Shown piece by piece: positions 38,234 to 52,204 of a stretch of 64,000 nt of DNA. The notes beneath the pieces are model-generated. The model ran no database searches, was not told the DNA's origin, and was given only the letters and a program-made list of their open reading frames with translations. The DNA lies in assembly GCA_951406725.2 (NCBI GenBank), contig OX597822.1:58714001-58778000 (forward strand). The letters are read 5' to 3'. The DNA comes from Octopus vulgaris (taxonomy: Eukaryota). The translations under genes and the position numbers were made by a program. Each line of letters begins with the position of its first letter. The first letter of the stretch is position 1.

Positions 38234-38842
38234 TGGAACAACAATCAGGTGAAAGAAATGATTGCATTTGCAATAGGGGCTAGTGTAAAAACCAACTTGA
38301 AGAACCACATAGTAAAGTTTAACAAAAAACTATACATGCAGGTTCAAGGTGCAGCCATCAGTGGTCAGTGTAACTGGAGATGTGGCTGGCCTCTTCATGA
38401 CCTGGTGGGACAGAAAACTTAAACAAATGTTAGCAGAACAGTCCACATCTCTTCTACTCTACAGTAGATATGTAGATGACATTAATATTATAGTTAGGAC
38501 CAACTCTAGTGATGGTAATGTAGAAACTGAGAAGAACATAATGGAGAGCATCCAGCAAATAGCTAACTCCATCCACCAAAGTATCAAGGTAACTATAGAT
38601 TACCCCACAATAGACTCCTTGTACTTGATACTGAACTTTGGTTAGAGACTCTGAACAATAGAGTGCAGCTCCTTCACTCCTATTACATGAAACCCATAAC
38701 TTCAAAATATGTTGTTCACAAGAACTCAGCTTTGTCACACAACATGAAAATTAACATACTGATAGCAGACTTAGAATAATGAACAATGTGTCTCCACTAT
38801 GTGAACCCTATGAAATGAAAAAACATATACAGAACCTCATGA
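38234..38842 (+). pseudogene. Penelope-like reverse transcriptase fragment
   Basis: KFNKKLYMQVQGAAI, YSRYVDDINII, IANSIHQSIKVTIDYP, YYMKP, NSALS; frameshifted. Confidence 0.75.
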
Positions 38843-40379
38843 CCTGGGTTTATAGAAGACAATTGCCAAAGGTGCCACATGGTGGGACTGAACTAAGAAT
38901 CATATGGTTAAGAAGCAAACTGCTTTACCACACAGCCATGTCTGAACCTCTTGATAATATATATCTTAAGAAACTGAATATACATATATCCAAGGTCAGC
39001 AGAAGATACTTTACCTATTATTAGTTTCATTGTGTAGGTATAACTAAGTCATCCAATGATGTTTCTATTTGCATATCATTGAGGAAGGAAAGACTGGCAA
39101 ATATTTCACCAATGCGAACAGAAAAGCTGTCAATGAGCTTAGTGTCTACATTGTGTGAATGGAAACATAATTGATTCCATGTTCAATTCGGCATAACCAA
39201 AGGTGCAAAAAGTGAATTGAAGAAATAATTTAGAATATCCTTTTTTTTATGATTGTGGAACTGTTCTAACCATAAATAAATCTGTTGGTTTGCTTATTAT
39301 CAGATTCACTGTGTTCTTTCAATGATTTTTAGAAATTATACAAAGAATGCATAGAACTATGCAAAGAAACTGGAAAGATTTGATATAGACATGAAATGAT
39401 AATTACTTCAAATTTTGACACAAGGTCTGCTATCTCAGAGGGAGTGTGTAAATTGATATCAACGACTCCAGTAATGAACTGACTCTTGCTTTAATGACTC
39501 CAAAATGATGAAAGGCAAAGTCAACCTTGGTGTATTGTTTCAAATTTAGACGCAAGACTATCAATTTTGGTAGGAGGCGTTTAATTGATTCCAACAACCC
39601 TGTACTTGACTGATATTTTATTTTATTAACCTAGGATTTGAACTCAGAATTAAAAAAAAAAAAACGCAGAAAAACTACTGCAAGACATTTTTATCTGATG
39701 CTCTACTGATTCTGTCATACCACTGCCTTTAGTTGTTCCCAACAGAGGAACAAGGACTGAAATTTAGGGGAAGGACTTAGTTGATCAAATCGACCCCTGT
39801 ACTTGACTGGTCCTATATTTCATTGAGTCTGGATCAACGAAAGGCAAAGTCGATTTCGAGTACTCAATAAATACTTTTCAACCACCACCAACTGATCGTC
39901 ATAATAATGATACTTGAATGATTGTTTCGAGAGAGAGAGAGTAATTGTTATCATGTTAATGTCAATGATTAGATGTGTCACCAGTTCAGTTATATATGCT
40001 GGCATTCAGTTTCTTTTTGTTAGGAGAGAAGTTTTGAAATTATTTACGGTTTTTAAAATTTGAATAATAATAATAGAAATTGATGTCTTTTTTTTTTTCT
40101 AGTCTAAGGGAGGTAATTCGTTTCTTCTGGCAGTGAACCAAAAAGCTTAAGTGTACGCCGATATAAACACTTTGTTCGTTTTACTCCCGTTTTTCAACCT
40201 GGAGTAATAGAAGTCTAAAGTTCCACACTGTGGAATTGAATCCAAAACTTCATGGTTGCGAAGCAGAATTCTTAACTGCACAGCCATACACACATTAAAT
40301 TAAATTTTGCAAAATATACATTTCACATTCTTATATAAATGTGTGTTCATGTAATGATGTACTCAACATCCTGATATAG

Positions 40380-40820
40380 AGTTAGAGTTAATTAAGATAT
40401 GTGTTGGGCATAAGAAGAATTAGATGCAGTGTGCAAGAGAGAAGACTGCACTGGTTTTGGTGATGTGATGCATATGAATGTAGACAGTTGCATACAGAAG
40501 TGCCGATCTGTGAATGAAACTTATGGAAGAGGGAGACCCAGGAAGACATGGGAAGAAGTATTGAAGGCTGATCTCAAGGCACTGAGCTTTATGGAGGAGA
40601 TGATCAAGATATGTTAGCACATTGCTGTACTGAAGAAGACCTATCAGCCACAGCAGAATTGATCGTGGCACTAGTGCCTTATAAAATGCACTCCTACTGG
40701 GGGTCACATTAAAAATGGAACAATGTAACCTGGTGCAGCCTCTGGCCTTAACAGCTCTGGTCAAACTGTCCAGCCCATGCCAGCATAGAAAACAGATGTT
40801 AAATAATAATGATGATGATA
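40380..40820 (+). pseudogene. RTE LINE 3' end with (GAT)n tail
   Basis: RRLHWFGDV..GRGRPRKTWEEVLKADLK. Confidence 0.8.
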
Positions 40821-41042
40821 ATGTTCAATTGAATGGGAATAAACTAGAAGCAACCTAATTTATTTACACATATATTAAATAAATATTAATAAATAGGCAT
40901 AGGAGTGGCTATGTGGTAAGTAGCTTGCTTACCAACCACATGGTTCTGGGTTCAATCCCACTGTGTGGCACCTTGGGCCGACCAAAGCCTTGTGAGTGGA
41001 TTTGGTAGACGGAAACTGAAAGAAGCCCATTGTATATATGTG

Positions 41043-41077
<35 letters not shown>

Positions 41078-41476
41078 ATCTGTTTGTCCCCCCAACATTG
41101 CTTGACAACCGACGCTGGTGTGTTTACGTTCTTGTAACTTAGTGGTTCAGCAAAAAAAGACCGATAGAATAAGTACTGGGCTTACAAAGAATAAGTCCTG
41201 GGGTGGATTTGCTCGACTAAAGGCAGTGCTCCAGCATGACCACAGTCAAATGACTGAAACAAGTAGGAGAGTAAATAGCAGTTTCTTGCAATAAATACAT
41301 TCTAAATCAACATTTTTTTTCATGGGCCTTTAAAATACTACTGTACAGTAGATCCCCAGTTTACTATTTTGCTGGCATGGACCCTACAAAATCTTGTATG
41401 GACTCTCATTGAGAATCAGTGGTCTAGGGTAAGAAAAAGAGTAAGAAAATGTGAATTCTTAGATTTTCAGACTTAC

Positions 41477-41558
41477 TTGCATATTTCATCTGTCCACATT
41501 TCCAAACTTTCTAATGTCCTCCACTTAGTAATACAGTCCTCAGCTGCTGGTTTATTAC
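41477..41558 (-). CDS. TPR-like gene exon (82 bp, phase 1 to 2)
   Basis: ttctaaccag| ... |gtaagt; (G)NKPAAEDCITKWRTLESLEMWTDEIC(N). Confidence 0.75.
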
Positions 41559-42126
41559 CTGGTTAGAATGATATGCAATACATATATGATGGAAAGCAAT
41601 TACAAACATATGTAAGTACAATATATAAAATACATGTGAGTCTACAATGTAAATATATACATTTACGAGACCATAAAGTCAGGAGGTATGAGAGGCGGTT
41701 TTTATATATTACTCATGAAATAATTTCATTGATTGGATCTTCTGGATTTTCAGTTACATGGACACTCTATATTACACTTCTTTGTAATCAATTACTATGT
41801 CAACTGATAGCTGAGTCCATAAGAGGAGCTTGCTAGATTAGCATCATGATTCTCTGAATCTACTCATTTGTATATATTTATATATTTTAAGAAATATATG
41901 ATAGTACAGAAGTTCTGTCTTCACATTGCTTTCCGGGAGAGGGATAGGTTGATTTGATTGACCCCCCCAGTGCTCAGCTGGTACTTATTTTATTCACCCT
42001 GAAAGGACAAAAGGCAAAGTTGACCTTGGTGGAATTGATATAAAGACAGATGAGATGCCACTAAGCATTTTGCCCGGTGTGCAAATTATTCTCTCTTCAC
42101 ACTGATATCAATCTCTTTATATTAAT

Positions 42127-42682
42127 ACAAGCAAAACGCCCCTCCATCCAATGATGGTGCTGAGTTGTCAAACATTTAAACCAAATTTCCTCAAAACAAC
42201 TTGTCCGACCATCCCAAAGGTTTCCCCTTTGAGAAACACCGATTTAACCTAAATTTGAGACACTAGCAAAAGAAGAAATAAAGATAGACTTTTTTTCTAT
42301 TCCAAAGAAAAACGATTTTATTCACACAAATATGCAACCAAAGAGTTTAAAGTACCAGTAATGATAAGGTTGTTGACTGGGAGAACACAAACATGGTTTA
42401 AACAGTAAGCTTGGCAGGAAAGAAACGTGCCTTTAAGCAGTACAGAAGCAACAAAAAATGGAAGGTGCAGTTATGTACAGGTTGACGGAAGAAAAGCAGG
42501 ACAAAAACGGCTTTATCAATCGCATTTTCACCTGGAATTGATTTTTGTAATTTTTTCAAGACTTATACAGCCCTGATACCGTTGGTATCTACATATCAAA
42601 TTTGAGTGCAATTGGATGGAAGATGCCTGAGATCCTAGAAGACACACAAACAGACAGATAGAATGGATTTTATATAATAGAT
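42127..42682 (-). mobile_element. Non-autonomous Helitron-like element; younger, internally shorter copy at 45392-45786
   Basis: Minus-strand start TCTTATATATAAAAT / TCTATTATATAAAAT followed by ctgt repeats, GC-rich subterminal region, CTYG end, no TSD. Confidence 0.6.
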
Positions 42683-43211
42683 TAATCACTCTTCAAAGCT
42701 CAGTGGTTATCAAGGTTTCTGTATAGTTTGGTCTTTGCAATCTCAATGAAACATCTACTGTTCGAGCTGCATTCTTTTCTAACTGTGACCGTTGCATCTT
42801 TTTGCAAACATAGAGTATTCAATGCGTTCCTCTACTTTTCAAATGGAATAGCATGATTTGAAGAAGTGTGTGGTTGAGAAAATATCCCTCATGACACAAC
42901 ATTCTATCAATCCTTTAGCATTTATATCAGTCATATCTAGCCCAAATATCCTACTTGTTTCATGTTCAAACTAGCCACATCCAACCTGTCACACCTATCC
43001 TACAATGTCATTCTTAAAATAAACAATCACATTATTGAAATCCCAAAGCAATGGAGACAATGCATGATTAAGTCAAAACAAAGCATTACATTTGATAGAG
43101 TAATCTAAATGCTAAAGGGTTAAATGGATCTGTACATTTATACACGTTTATATAAACTGCTGGAAAAAACCCCAAAAAAAACAAACAAACTAATCTATGT
43201 ATACTGACTTA

Positions 43212-43550
43212 CAAGGTGCATTCCAGAAGTTTTGAGACTTTCTTTTAGAAGCAGCAGTTACAACTGTCCTTGATTATTGTAATTTTATTCTATAATTACT
43301 ATACATCTAATAAGCTGACATACCAACCTCTGTTATTCCAGATTGAATGAGAAGGCTTTAACATCACTTTCTACACACCTTATTAAATACTGGTTGTCAT
43401 AGCTGACTAGTTTGCAGAAAGCAGTCAGGATGGTGATACCCATTTTTGACAACATGCACATATCTACATCCACTGGCTTCCTTCTGGCCAGATGGTCAAC
43501 AAAGAGTACTTTGTAGAGGTTTTGAGGAAGTTTGGGGAGAAAGTCTCATG
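43212..43550 (+). pseudogene. Internally deleted mariner remnant
   Basis: TIR-like tacaaggtgcattccagaagttttgagact; HWLPSGQMVNKEYFVEVLRKF. Confidence 0.6.
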
Positions 43551-44400
43551 ACTCTCTATCACCATCCAATTCCATTATTATGAATTTGAATTGGGAGCTT
43601 GAGTCATAGTGACTCTTTCATTAGCTGATTACACAACCACTAAGGTGGTCCCCTATGGATGCACTGCAGTTACTTTCTTGATAGAGCTTGGTCATCTAGG
43701 ATTCCTCCACTCAGCACCATTGGCTCAGTTAAGCTCTTCTGCTATCTTTTCACAATCCACCTTGTTGTATCCCTGGTAGGGTGACTGAATGGGTGCTATG
43801 CCTTGTCAAAGGGCAGCCTGTAACTATGCAGGGTATGGTCATCACTCCATGAAGTATTTTCAAATACCCACATACCCATACAACCTCTCTATTCCAGATT
43901 TGTTTTTAAAGTTCTTTTAAACACTTAATATGTTGGAAACAAACTCCAGCACACCATGATATCTTTGAGGAAGATATAAAGTATTAAAATAAAAGCCTAC
44001 ATCTGTCGGTCAGCTTTGTTTTTATTTCTATAATTGGTTAATTGGTTAAAAACAGACTGAAAATCAACAATGAGTGCCATAACCGTACTGAATTAGAAAG
44101 TTAGAGAGTTAGCTTGGTGGAGCCCATTCCTCTCAAAGTTATATCCTGTACCCACAACAGTTGATCTTAGTACTACAAAAGCTAATGGAAACATTTGTGA
44201 AGTTCATTTTGTTACAGTCATTTGCTATGTGGTACCTAATTACAGTTAAGTAGACTGAGGCACTGACATGATTTAGTGTCAGGATAGAAACTTCTGATCT
44301 TTGTGTTAATTCTTCAGCATCTTATGCACTTGACGGTTTGTACTTGCTCTTTTTGTTTATAGAAGATTGTGAGTTAACTATATGAAAAAACAGTGCTTAC

Positions 44401-44525
44401 CACTAATGTTTTTGAGAGTATTCTCATGGCTAAAAAGAGGAAAAATCTTTAATGTCTGGCTTTGTGTTATCAAACAGTCTGGTCTTGGTTTAGATGAAAT
44501 ACATTGGTAAAATGTATCATAATTC
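44401..44525 (-). CDS. TPR-like gene exon (125 bp, phase 2 to 1)
   Basis: ctctcacctag| ... |gtaagc; NYDTFYQCISSKPRPDCLITQSQTLKIFPLFSHENTLKNIS. Confidence 0.75.
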
Positions 44526-46480
44526 CTAGGTGAGAGTAATAAAAATGTAGGAATAAAACAGAAATTTTCAATAGCAAAAATCAATGACATAAACAGGTAT
44601 GTGTTTTTACATATATTTGTATAATAAAATAAAATGGTATATGAATATTTTTAAAATACTCATTCTGCATAAACCAGACAGAATTTGTCACGGCAAATTT
44701 TCTACAGCTGGATGCCCCTTCTACTGCCAACCTCACCAGTTTCAAGGTAAGGCAATATTTCCCCATGACCAGACTTGTTTTTACAGAAGATTGGAAATAA
44801 AGGACACTGCTTGTATGGCAGTAACACATGATTATAATGATGATGGTGGTGGTGTTGATAACAAGAAGTATAAACCATTCTGAAGATATTCAATTACAGC
44901 TTATAAAGTCAGGATTTCAAAACCTGTTCAAACCAAGATATACAAATCTATATACAGCAAAGTACTCTTCTTGTGCATGCTATTGTAGTCACTATTGTTT
45001 TATAGCCTTCTCTACTGGAAAGACAGACATTGAAAACCCAAATAAACGTGATCAGTTTGTCATCTGAAACTGAATCTTTACCTATTACTCTTACTATTAC
45101 AGATGAAAAGTAGTAGTTGTAGACGTCAACCAGGTAAACTGAAGCAAGTAGAAGGGGATTATATTCTTTGTTTTATGTCAAGGTACCATCATAGTAATTA
45201 TTCATGTAAAATATTATAAAGACATGGTTAGGTGCAGGTGGTTTATTAAGAAGGTTACTTATCAAAACCACATGGTTCTGGGTTCAGTCCCACAGTGTGG
45301 CAACTTGGGTAAATGTCTTCTACTACATCCTTGGGCTGACCAAAGCCCTGTGGGTGGTAAATGGAAACTGAAAGAAGCTTATATATATATTACGAGCAAA
45401 ACGCCCCCCATCCAATGGACAGTGCTGAGTTGTCAAACATTTAAACCAAATTTTCTCAAAACAACTTGTCCGACCATCCCATAGGCCTCCCCTTTGAAAA
45501 ACACTGATTTAACCTAAATTTGAGACACCAGCAAAAGAAGAAATAAAGATAGACTTTATTTCTATTCCAAAGAAAAACGATTTTATTGCGCGTACAAATG
45601 CACGTTCCCACGGCTTTATCCATCGCATTCTCACCTGGAATTGATTTTTGTAATTTTTTCAAGACTTGTACACGCCCTGATACCGTCGGTATCTACGTAT
45701 CAAATTTGAGCGCAATCGGATGGAGGATGCTCGAGATCCTAGAAGACACACACACAGACAGGCAGAATGGATTTTATATAATAGATTTCTCCATGGTCAG
45801 ATGTGTTCTCACAGAATATTGGAAATAAAATTACATTTCTTGTATGACAGTAACAGTAATTTATAACTGTTATGTGATGTCAAGACATGTCCTGACATTG
45901 ATAGTTGTAAATGATTGTCACTCATACTAGCAGAGTAATTTTATTTTCAATATTCTGTGAAAACATGTCTGGTCACGGAGAAATATTGCTCATAAACAGA
46001 TGTGGGTTAGTGACAGAAAGGGCATCCAGCTGTAGAAATTCCATCTCAATAAACTCCATCTGAGCTATGCAAGCATGGGAAAGTGGACTTTAAAACAATG
46101 ATGATGATGACTCTCATTACATTATTAGGACATCAATTAATACTTTATCTTCATGTGGTGAATACAAATGAATGAAGTTTATAACAAATCAAACAGCCAC
46201 CCATGAGTTCCTGTGGCTTGTCTCTAGTACTGTGGGTATTAATGTATGGGAATGTGCCCAGGCCCAAAACACTTACCTGTAGATAGAGAAAAGTTTCATC
46301 AAGTAAAACCCTTACTTTAACAAAGCCACAAAATATAAAAATGAAGACAAGGAATTTAGAATCCAAGAAAACTAAGGGCAGTCTACACTGGCAAATAGTG
46401 AAGCAAAATAATTTATTTTCCTTTGTAAATTATATGAAATTATGGTAATACATTCCTACATTTGACATTGGATGACTTAC

Positions 46481-46583
46481 CGACTTTTATCACTAGTACT
46501 GAGCTTTGTATTACTAGTAAGAGCTTGCAAAAAGCCCCAACAGTTGCTCATCTGATTCAGTAGTTCACCTTTGGTTTTACATT
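46481..46583 (-). CDS. TPR-like gene exon (103 bp, phase 1 to 2)
   Basis: Long poly-T tract cag| ... |gtaagt; (E)CKTKGELLNQMSNCWGFLQALTSNTKLSTSDKS(R). Confidence 0.8.
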
Positions 46584-47271
46584 CTGAAAAAAAAAAAAAA
46601 AAGAAAAACATCAAAGATAATAGTGATGCAATCTACTTTATCTTTTTCACTTATTTATAACTCTTTATGTATTTAGCAGAGCTCCTTGTTGTAAGCATCC
46701 ATGCTTCATTTCCTCTCTTTACTCTCTTTTACTTGTTTCAGTCATGTGACTGCAGCCATGCTGGAGCACCGCCTTTAGTTGAGCAAATCAATCCCAGAGC
46801 TTATTCTTTGTAAGCCTAGTACTTATTCTATTGGTCTCTTTTGCTGAACCACTAAGTTACGGGGACATAAACACACCACCATCGGTTGTTAAGCGATGTT
46901 AGGGGGACAAACGCAGACACACAAACACACACACACATATATATATATACATATATACGATGAGCTTCTTTCAGTTTCTGTCTACAAAATCCACTCACAA
47001 GGCTTTGGTCGGCCCGAGGCTATAGTAGAAGACACTTGCCCAAGGTGCCATGCAGTGGGACTGAACCCGGAACCATGTGGTTGGTAAGCAAGCTACTTAC
47101 CACACAGCCACTCCTGTGCCTGTTCATATTTTTTTCTGCAGATGTTCATACCAGGCATTAGCCATGTCAATGTCACAAATCTGTGATGATCTGTAATGGT
47201 CATGGTCACAGCCATCCCCTCCTCTTATTAATTAATATATAAAATAAGTAACACAAGAAATATAAACTAAC

Positions 47272-47378
47272 CTAGTTTACATACTTCAGTTGCTGCAACA
47301 CCCGAAAAGTATCCTAGAGGAAGATTTTTCAATCCGGAACATGTATTGTTGTAAATTTGTGCACAATGATCATATTCG
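47272..47378 (-). CDS. TPR-like gene exon (107 bp, phase 2 to 1)
   Basis: aattccag| ... |gttagt; EYDHCAQIYNNTCSGLKNLPLGYFSGVAATEVCKL. Confidence 0.75.
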
Positions 47379-48403
47379 CTGGAATTAAATATCAACATTT
47401 ATTACAAGCATAAAATTTAGAAGGAACTGGTTACATTGTTGGGTAGGAGCAATTAAAAGTTTCTTTTGTGATTGTGTGCCAATAGTTTTGAGACTTGAAG
47501 TGTGTAGAAGGGACAGCTGGGAGAAAGTTTGTGACATGCATGACATGTACAGTTAGAAATGAAGCATAAGGCAAATGTAGTTTTTTTTTAATCAGCAGAG
47601 AAGTAGCGGGTAGGAAGATCCAGCAAAATTGGTGGAGACTGCTTCAGCAATGGACCAGAAGTGATTATATAGGATTGTTAGCATGTTGTAAGGTGTACAA
47701 AAGTATCCTTTAGTTTCCTGGTGGTCATCTTGATAGTGTTTTGGAAAGGGGAAGAACAAGCCCCCAAAACTTCCATTAGTAGAGGAGAGTGCTTTAGCTG
47801 GTATCCTACAAATGTAAGTTACTTACTCAAGGGCTTATGTTGTGGTTGTGTGAAGAGACTTGGTTGTGTAAATAGATTTGTGAAGGGTTTATGTTGTGGT
47901 TAAAGATTCAGTTTCAGATGAAGAACTGATCAAGTTTATTTGGGTTTTCAATGTCTGTCTTTCCAAACTTCTTTATTCAATTAACAACAGAACCAAAACA
48001 ACTAAGTAAACTTCTACTGCCAAACTAGCAGTAAAATTATCAAACTGAAGAGATTTAAAAAGATTAAAACTTTACACACACACAAACTTCCCTCTTGAAG
48101 TCCAGAAAATATATTTCAATTCTAATCAATAGTTTGATCCTCAAAAAAACTCCAAGAAGACTCATAGTAGAATACTGCTTCCATATCTGTTACTTGCTAT
48201 ACATATAAATGTTCCAGTCAACAACACCCAAAGAAAGGCTATTTGATTAATTGGCATGGAGTCAGTCATTAATACTCCAAGTTCTAACCAACAGAAGATC
48301 AGTTTCTTCATTTTGCCTCTTCTACACCTCAGAGCTTACTCAGTTATGGTCACCTCATTTCAAGCTCACCAATCAGATAAACTGAGTTCCTTTTCTTTTA
48401 GAC

Positions 48404-48740
48404 CAGGGGTTCTCAACCATTTTTTATCCATGGACCCCTCAGATTACTATTTTATTCTAGTGGACTCCCATAGTCATTCAATGTTTATATAGAAACTTCT
48501 TTTAAAATTCCTATTTTGTTTGTTACACAGTCACTTGTGTAGGTTGAACTATGTAGAATGTTAGAGAAAGAAACCAAGCCGTTTCTTGCAATACATACCA
48601 ATATATACATTTAAGCAGCATTTTTTTAGGAGCCTATAAAATACAATTGTAGATCCTCAATTTACTATTTTGTTTTGTGGACCCCCAAAAATCTTATATG
48701 GGCCCTCAGGGGCTATATGGACCTCGGTTGAGAACCACTG
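48404..48740. mobile_element. hAT (Charlie-like) MITE
   Basis: caggggttctcaacc / ggttgagaaccactg TIRs with perfect 8-bp TSD TTTTAGAC; fragments also at 22039-22285 and 41280-41422. Confidence 0.9.
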
Positions 48741-49769
48741 TTTTAGACCCTACACTAATCACTTTCCCCAATCTTTCCTCCCAAGTATGTCAACCTTTAA
48801 TAATTTCCTTCCGCAGATGCTGATTTGAAGAAGTTCAAGCTAAACATCAGCCACATCAATCTGACCTTTTTATTGAAGGGTCCTAAGATGGCGATAGGCA
48901 CAGTCCCTTCCTTCTGGCTAAAACCATAAAAAGTAAAAAGTTTGAATTGAAAAAATTCAGTTATTTATAGAAACAACAGAAAGTTGAAAGCTGACTAGGA
49001 ATATTGGTGACATGGGCAGAATAAAGCTTATTTCTCGGAAGTAGAAAATATAAATGTTTCAGTCATACAGATGAGAGAGAAAGAGATGGTGTCCAGTCAA
49101 TTTGTCATAGTTTAATTTTTTCCCCACTGAGATAGAAAAATGGAAGAATGGCTATCTGAATAAAAAAAAACAAAAAAACGTTTATTTTTAGGTTTGTTGT
49201 ATTACATATTCATTTTTTCTTAAAATTTAAGATTGTGTGTAATTGCTTTTAGAAAAATTTTTTGGCTTGGATTATATTTTTCCATGAAATTTTTTATATG
49301 CATGTTCATATCTCTGTACTTTTTTTTTGGCTTGGTTCTTCTTGCATAAACTTCTGCAGTTTGGTACTGGCAAACCTTTCCGCATATTTAATCACATCGA
49401 TAAGTTTCAAGATATTTGGATGACTAACACTCACTGTGTTTTTCAGTGCATCATGGTAGGCTTCTAAACTATTTGTAGTATGAGCCTTTTATGAGGCACT
49501 GGAATGGCTGCTTTTCATGTGGGCCTGCACAGTTGCTCTTTAAGTGACACCAAAACAAGTGCTTTTTATGTGGCTGGAAAAACTGATGTAAAACGATAAT
49601 ATTTAACTGGCACTGTAATTAGTTGGTTTTACACTTTCTGATGATCAACTGAATAAAGTACTAGCCTAATAGTCTTGGTATTTACTGTTTTAGAGAAAAC
49701 CAATTGTTTGGTTGTTGGTTAGCAACAAACTGAGTTGGTTAGATGAGACTGAAAAATCTTATTACTTAC

Positions 49770-49869
49770 CTACAAAATTCTTCTATGCCATTGGTAAATA
49801 ATTTGGTAGGAACTAATTTTGTACGACAGATTTGAATTTCTTTCATTTTAGTTGAGAAATTTGGGCATT
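49770..49869 (-). CDS. TPR-like gene exon (100 bp, phase 1 to 2)
   Basis: ctttctttcag| ... |gtaagt; (E)CPNFSTKMKEIQICRTKLVPTKLFTNGIEEFC(S). Confidence 0.8.
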
Positions 49870-50469
49870 CTGAAAGAAAGATTGGTATGACATGAAAGAA
49901 TTTTCAGTTACCTTTGGAACACATAGTAAACACTTAAAAAGGAACAACATAAAGGTTTCTCAAAGAGATATTTAATAGCATAAGATGAATAAGCAGATAA
50001 AGTGCAAGATCACCAACTCTGGTCTTGATATAAAAAAATGTTGGGGCTAAAAAGTTTAAGTTAAAAAGGTAAAGAGGAAGGCATGAATACAGTGATGGGA
50101 GGATTAAAATTTAATTTCCATTCTTACTGGGATCTTATGAGCTCTAATATAATTTGAGCTTTTATCAAAATGATTCTATTACAATCTGATTTAATTAAAT
50201 ATATTTATAGACAATGAATTTATTGATTTATTCAATGTCTGTAAAAACTTTTGTTAGAGGTGTTAAACTTGCTCCTTGAGTAAGTATTTCACTTATATCT
50301 CACGTATTTATCGCTGAAGAGGGGAAAATTGGACCAATACGGTTATAACGGATTTTTTAGAAATTTCTATCGGTTTGTTTCGAGACGCATAAATTATAAT
50401 GGTTATTGACAATTCTGTCTTTTTTTGGGCATATTTGGCACTAGAATTTTTCTTTTGCTCTTATTTTGT

Positions 50470-50507
<38 letters not shown>

Positions 50508-51561
50508 ATCATCATCATTTAATGTCCGCTTTCCATGCTAGCATGGATTGGACTGAGGACTGGCGAACCAGATGGCTGCACCAGGCTCCAATCTGATCTG
50601 GCAGAGTTTCTACAGCTGGATGCCCTTCCTAATGCCAACCATTCCGAGAGTGTAGTAGGTGCTTTTACGTGCCACCAGCACGAGGGCCAGTCTGGTGGTA
50701 CTGGCAATGGCCAGGCTCAAAATGGTGTTTTTTTACATGCCACCTGCACAGTAGTCAGTCCAGTGGCATTGGCAACAACCTCGCTCAAATGTTTTGTTCG
50801 CGTGCCACCAGCACAAGTGCCAGTAAGGCGACGCTGGTAACGATCACGCTCAAAGGGTGCTTTTAAATGCCACCGGCACACACATATATAGCATAGAAAA
50901 ACATGCATTAAATGAACAACGAATGTGTGTATAATGATGATGGATGATACACACATTCATTGTCCATTTAATGCATGTTTTTCTATGCTAGCATGGGTTG
51001 GACAGGGACATATTTCAGACAAGATTTTATGGTCATATGCTCTTCCTGATGTGAAGCCATAACTGTTTAAGTTAAGGATTTTTTATTTTGCAGATCTTCG
51101 AAAGTAGAGTGTACCAGTTGTAATGTTAACAAAGAATGTTAATATCAAATCACCATTTCATTCACTCACTAATAAGTAGGATACCAACATGCACATACAC
51201 TTAAACACAGACACACATATGGCTAGCTTCCTACAGTTTCCATCTACCAAACTTAAATATTCTATAAATATAATTAGGAATTTCTTTTGAATAATAGTTG
51301 AATAACGGTGTTTTATCGAAAAGGATATGATAGCCCTTCTTGGTGCAAACCAAGAAGGGATTATTAAATCCCTAATATACTTTAGTTCCAGTATACAACT
51401 TAAATAAGATAGTATAGTACTGAATTTTCCTGTATGAAGTTAAAGAAGTTTGTTTGCTTCCATCCAGGTTTTTAAAGAATGTATGTCAATAAAACCTTGA
51501 TTTAGAGTTGTTGTTAGTGGTAATAACTAAACAATATCCATAACCATATAATTAGATTACC

Positions 51562-51934
51562 TCTCTATATATAAACGGCAGTTTGTCTGTGCGTGTTTCT
51601 GTGTGTCTGTTTGCTTGTACCCTCACCCTGACCACGGCTTTCAACCGATTCTGATGAAACTTAACACACACATAGCCCAATGTCATAATTCAAAACTAAA
51701 ATTTTGAAAAGTTCCCCCAGTTCTGAAATAAAATCGATAAATTCGACATGGGGTCGAGAATCAGAAACACAAACCACAGACTGTCTAGGGGACGCAACTC
51801 GACCTTTTTAACTCTCAAAAAAAATTTACCATAATTTTTTTCCCATTTTTTGCTATATTTTGGCTATAACTCTCTAAAATTGCTTTATAGTTATTTCCCT
51901 TACAAACCCGAGCAACGCCGGGCGATACTGCTAG
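51562..51934 (+). mobile_element. Non-autonomous Helitron; related element at ~62197-62552
   Basis: 5' TCT..TATATATAAA, 3' hairpin cccgagcaacgccggg then CTAG|T. Confidence 0.8.
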
Positions 51935-52172
51935 TAAAGGATAATTGTTGATATCAGAGCAGCTGCATGCAACAATGGGATTTTGTTATGCTCTCTAACT
52001 TTAAAGGTGTTATGTTAAATTATAGTTAATGTTTGTGGTAGTAGAGTACAAAACTTTGATACTATTTTTATTAAAGTTCAGGTGATAATTATGATTTAAG
52101 AAGTAGAAATGCTTCTTAAGGAACTTAAAGAATATTTGAGCCAAGAGTGCAGTTTGATACATACACAAACAG

Positions 52173-52204
<32 letters not shown>

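Noticed and set aside
39040-39220. Possible hAT dimerisation-domain relic (ERLANIS...)
   Set aside because: Too degenerate to support
43213-43260. Minus-strand donor (gtaagt) suggesting an exon
   Set aside because: Coincides with the TIR of a mariner remnant
46278-46311. Mini-exon VLLDETFLYLQ with strong donor
   Set aside because: Poor acceptor, and its phase breaks the exon chain
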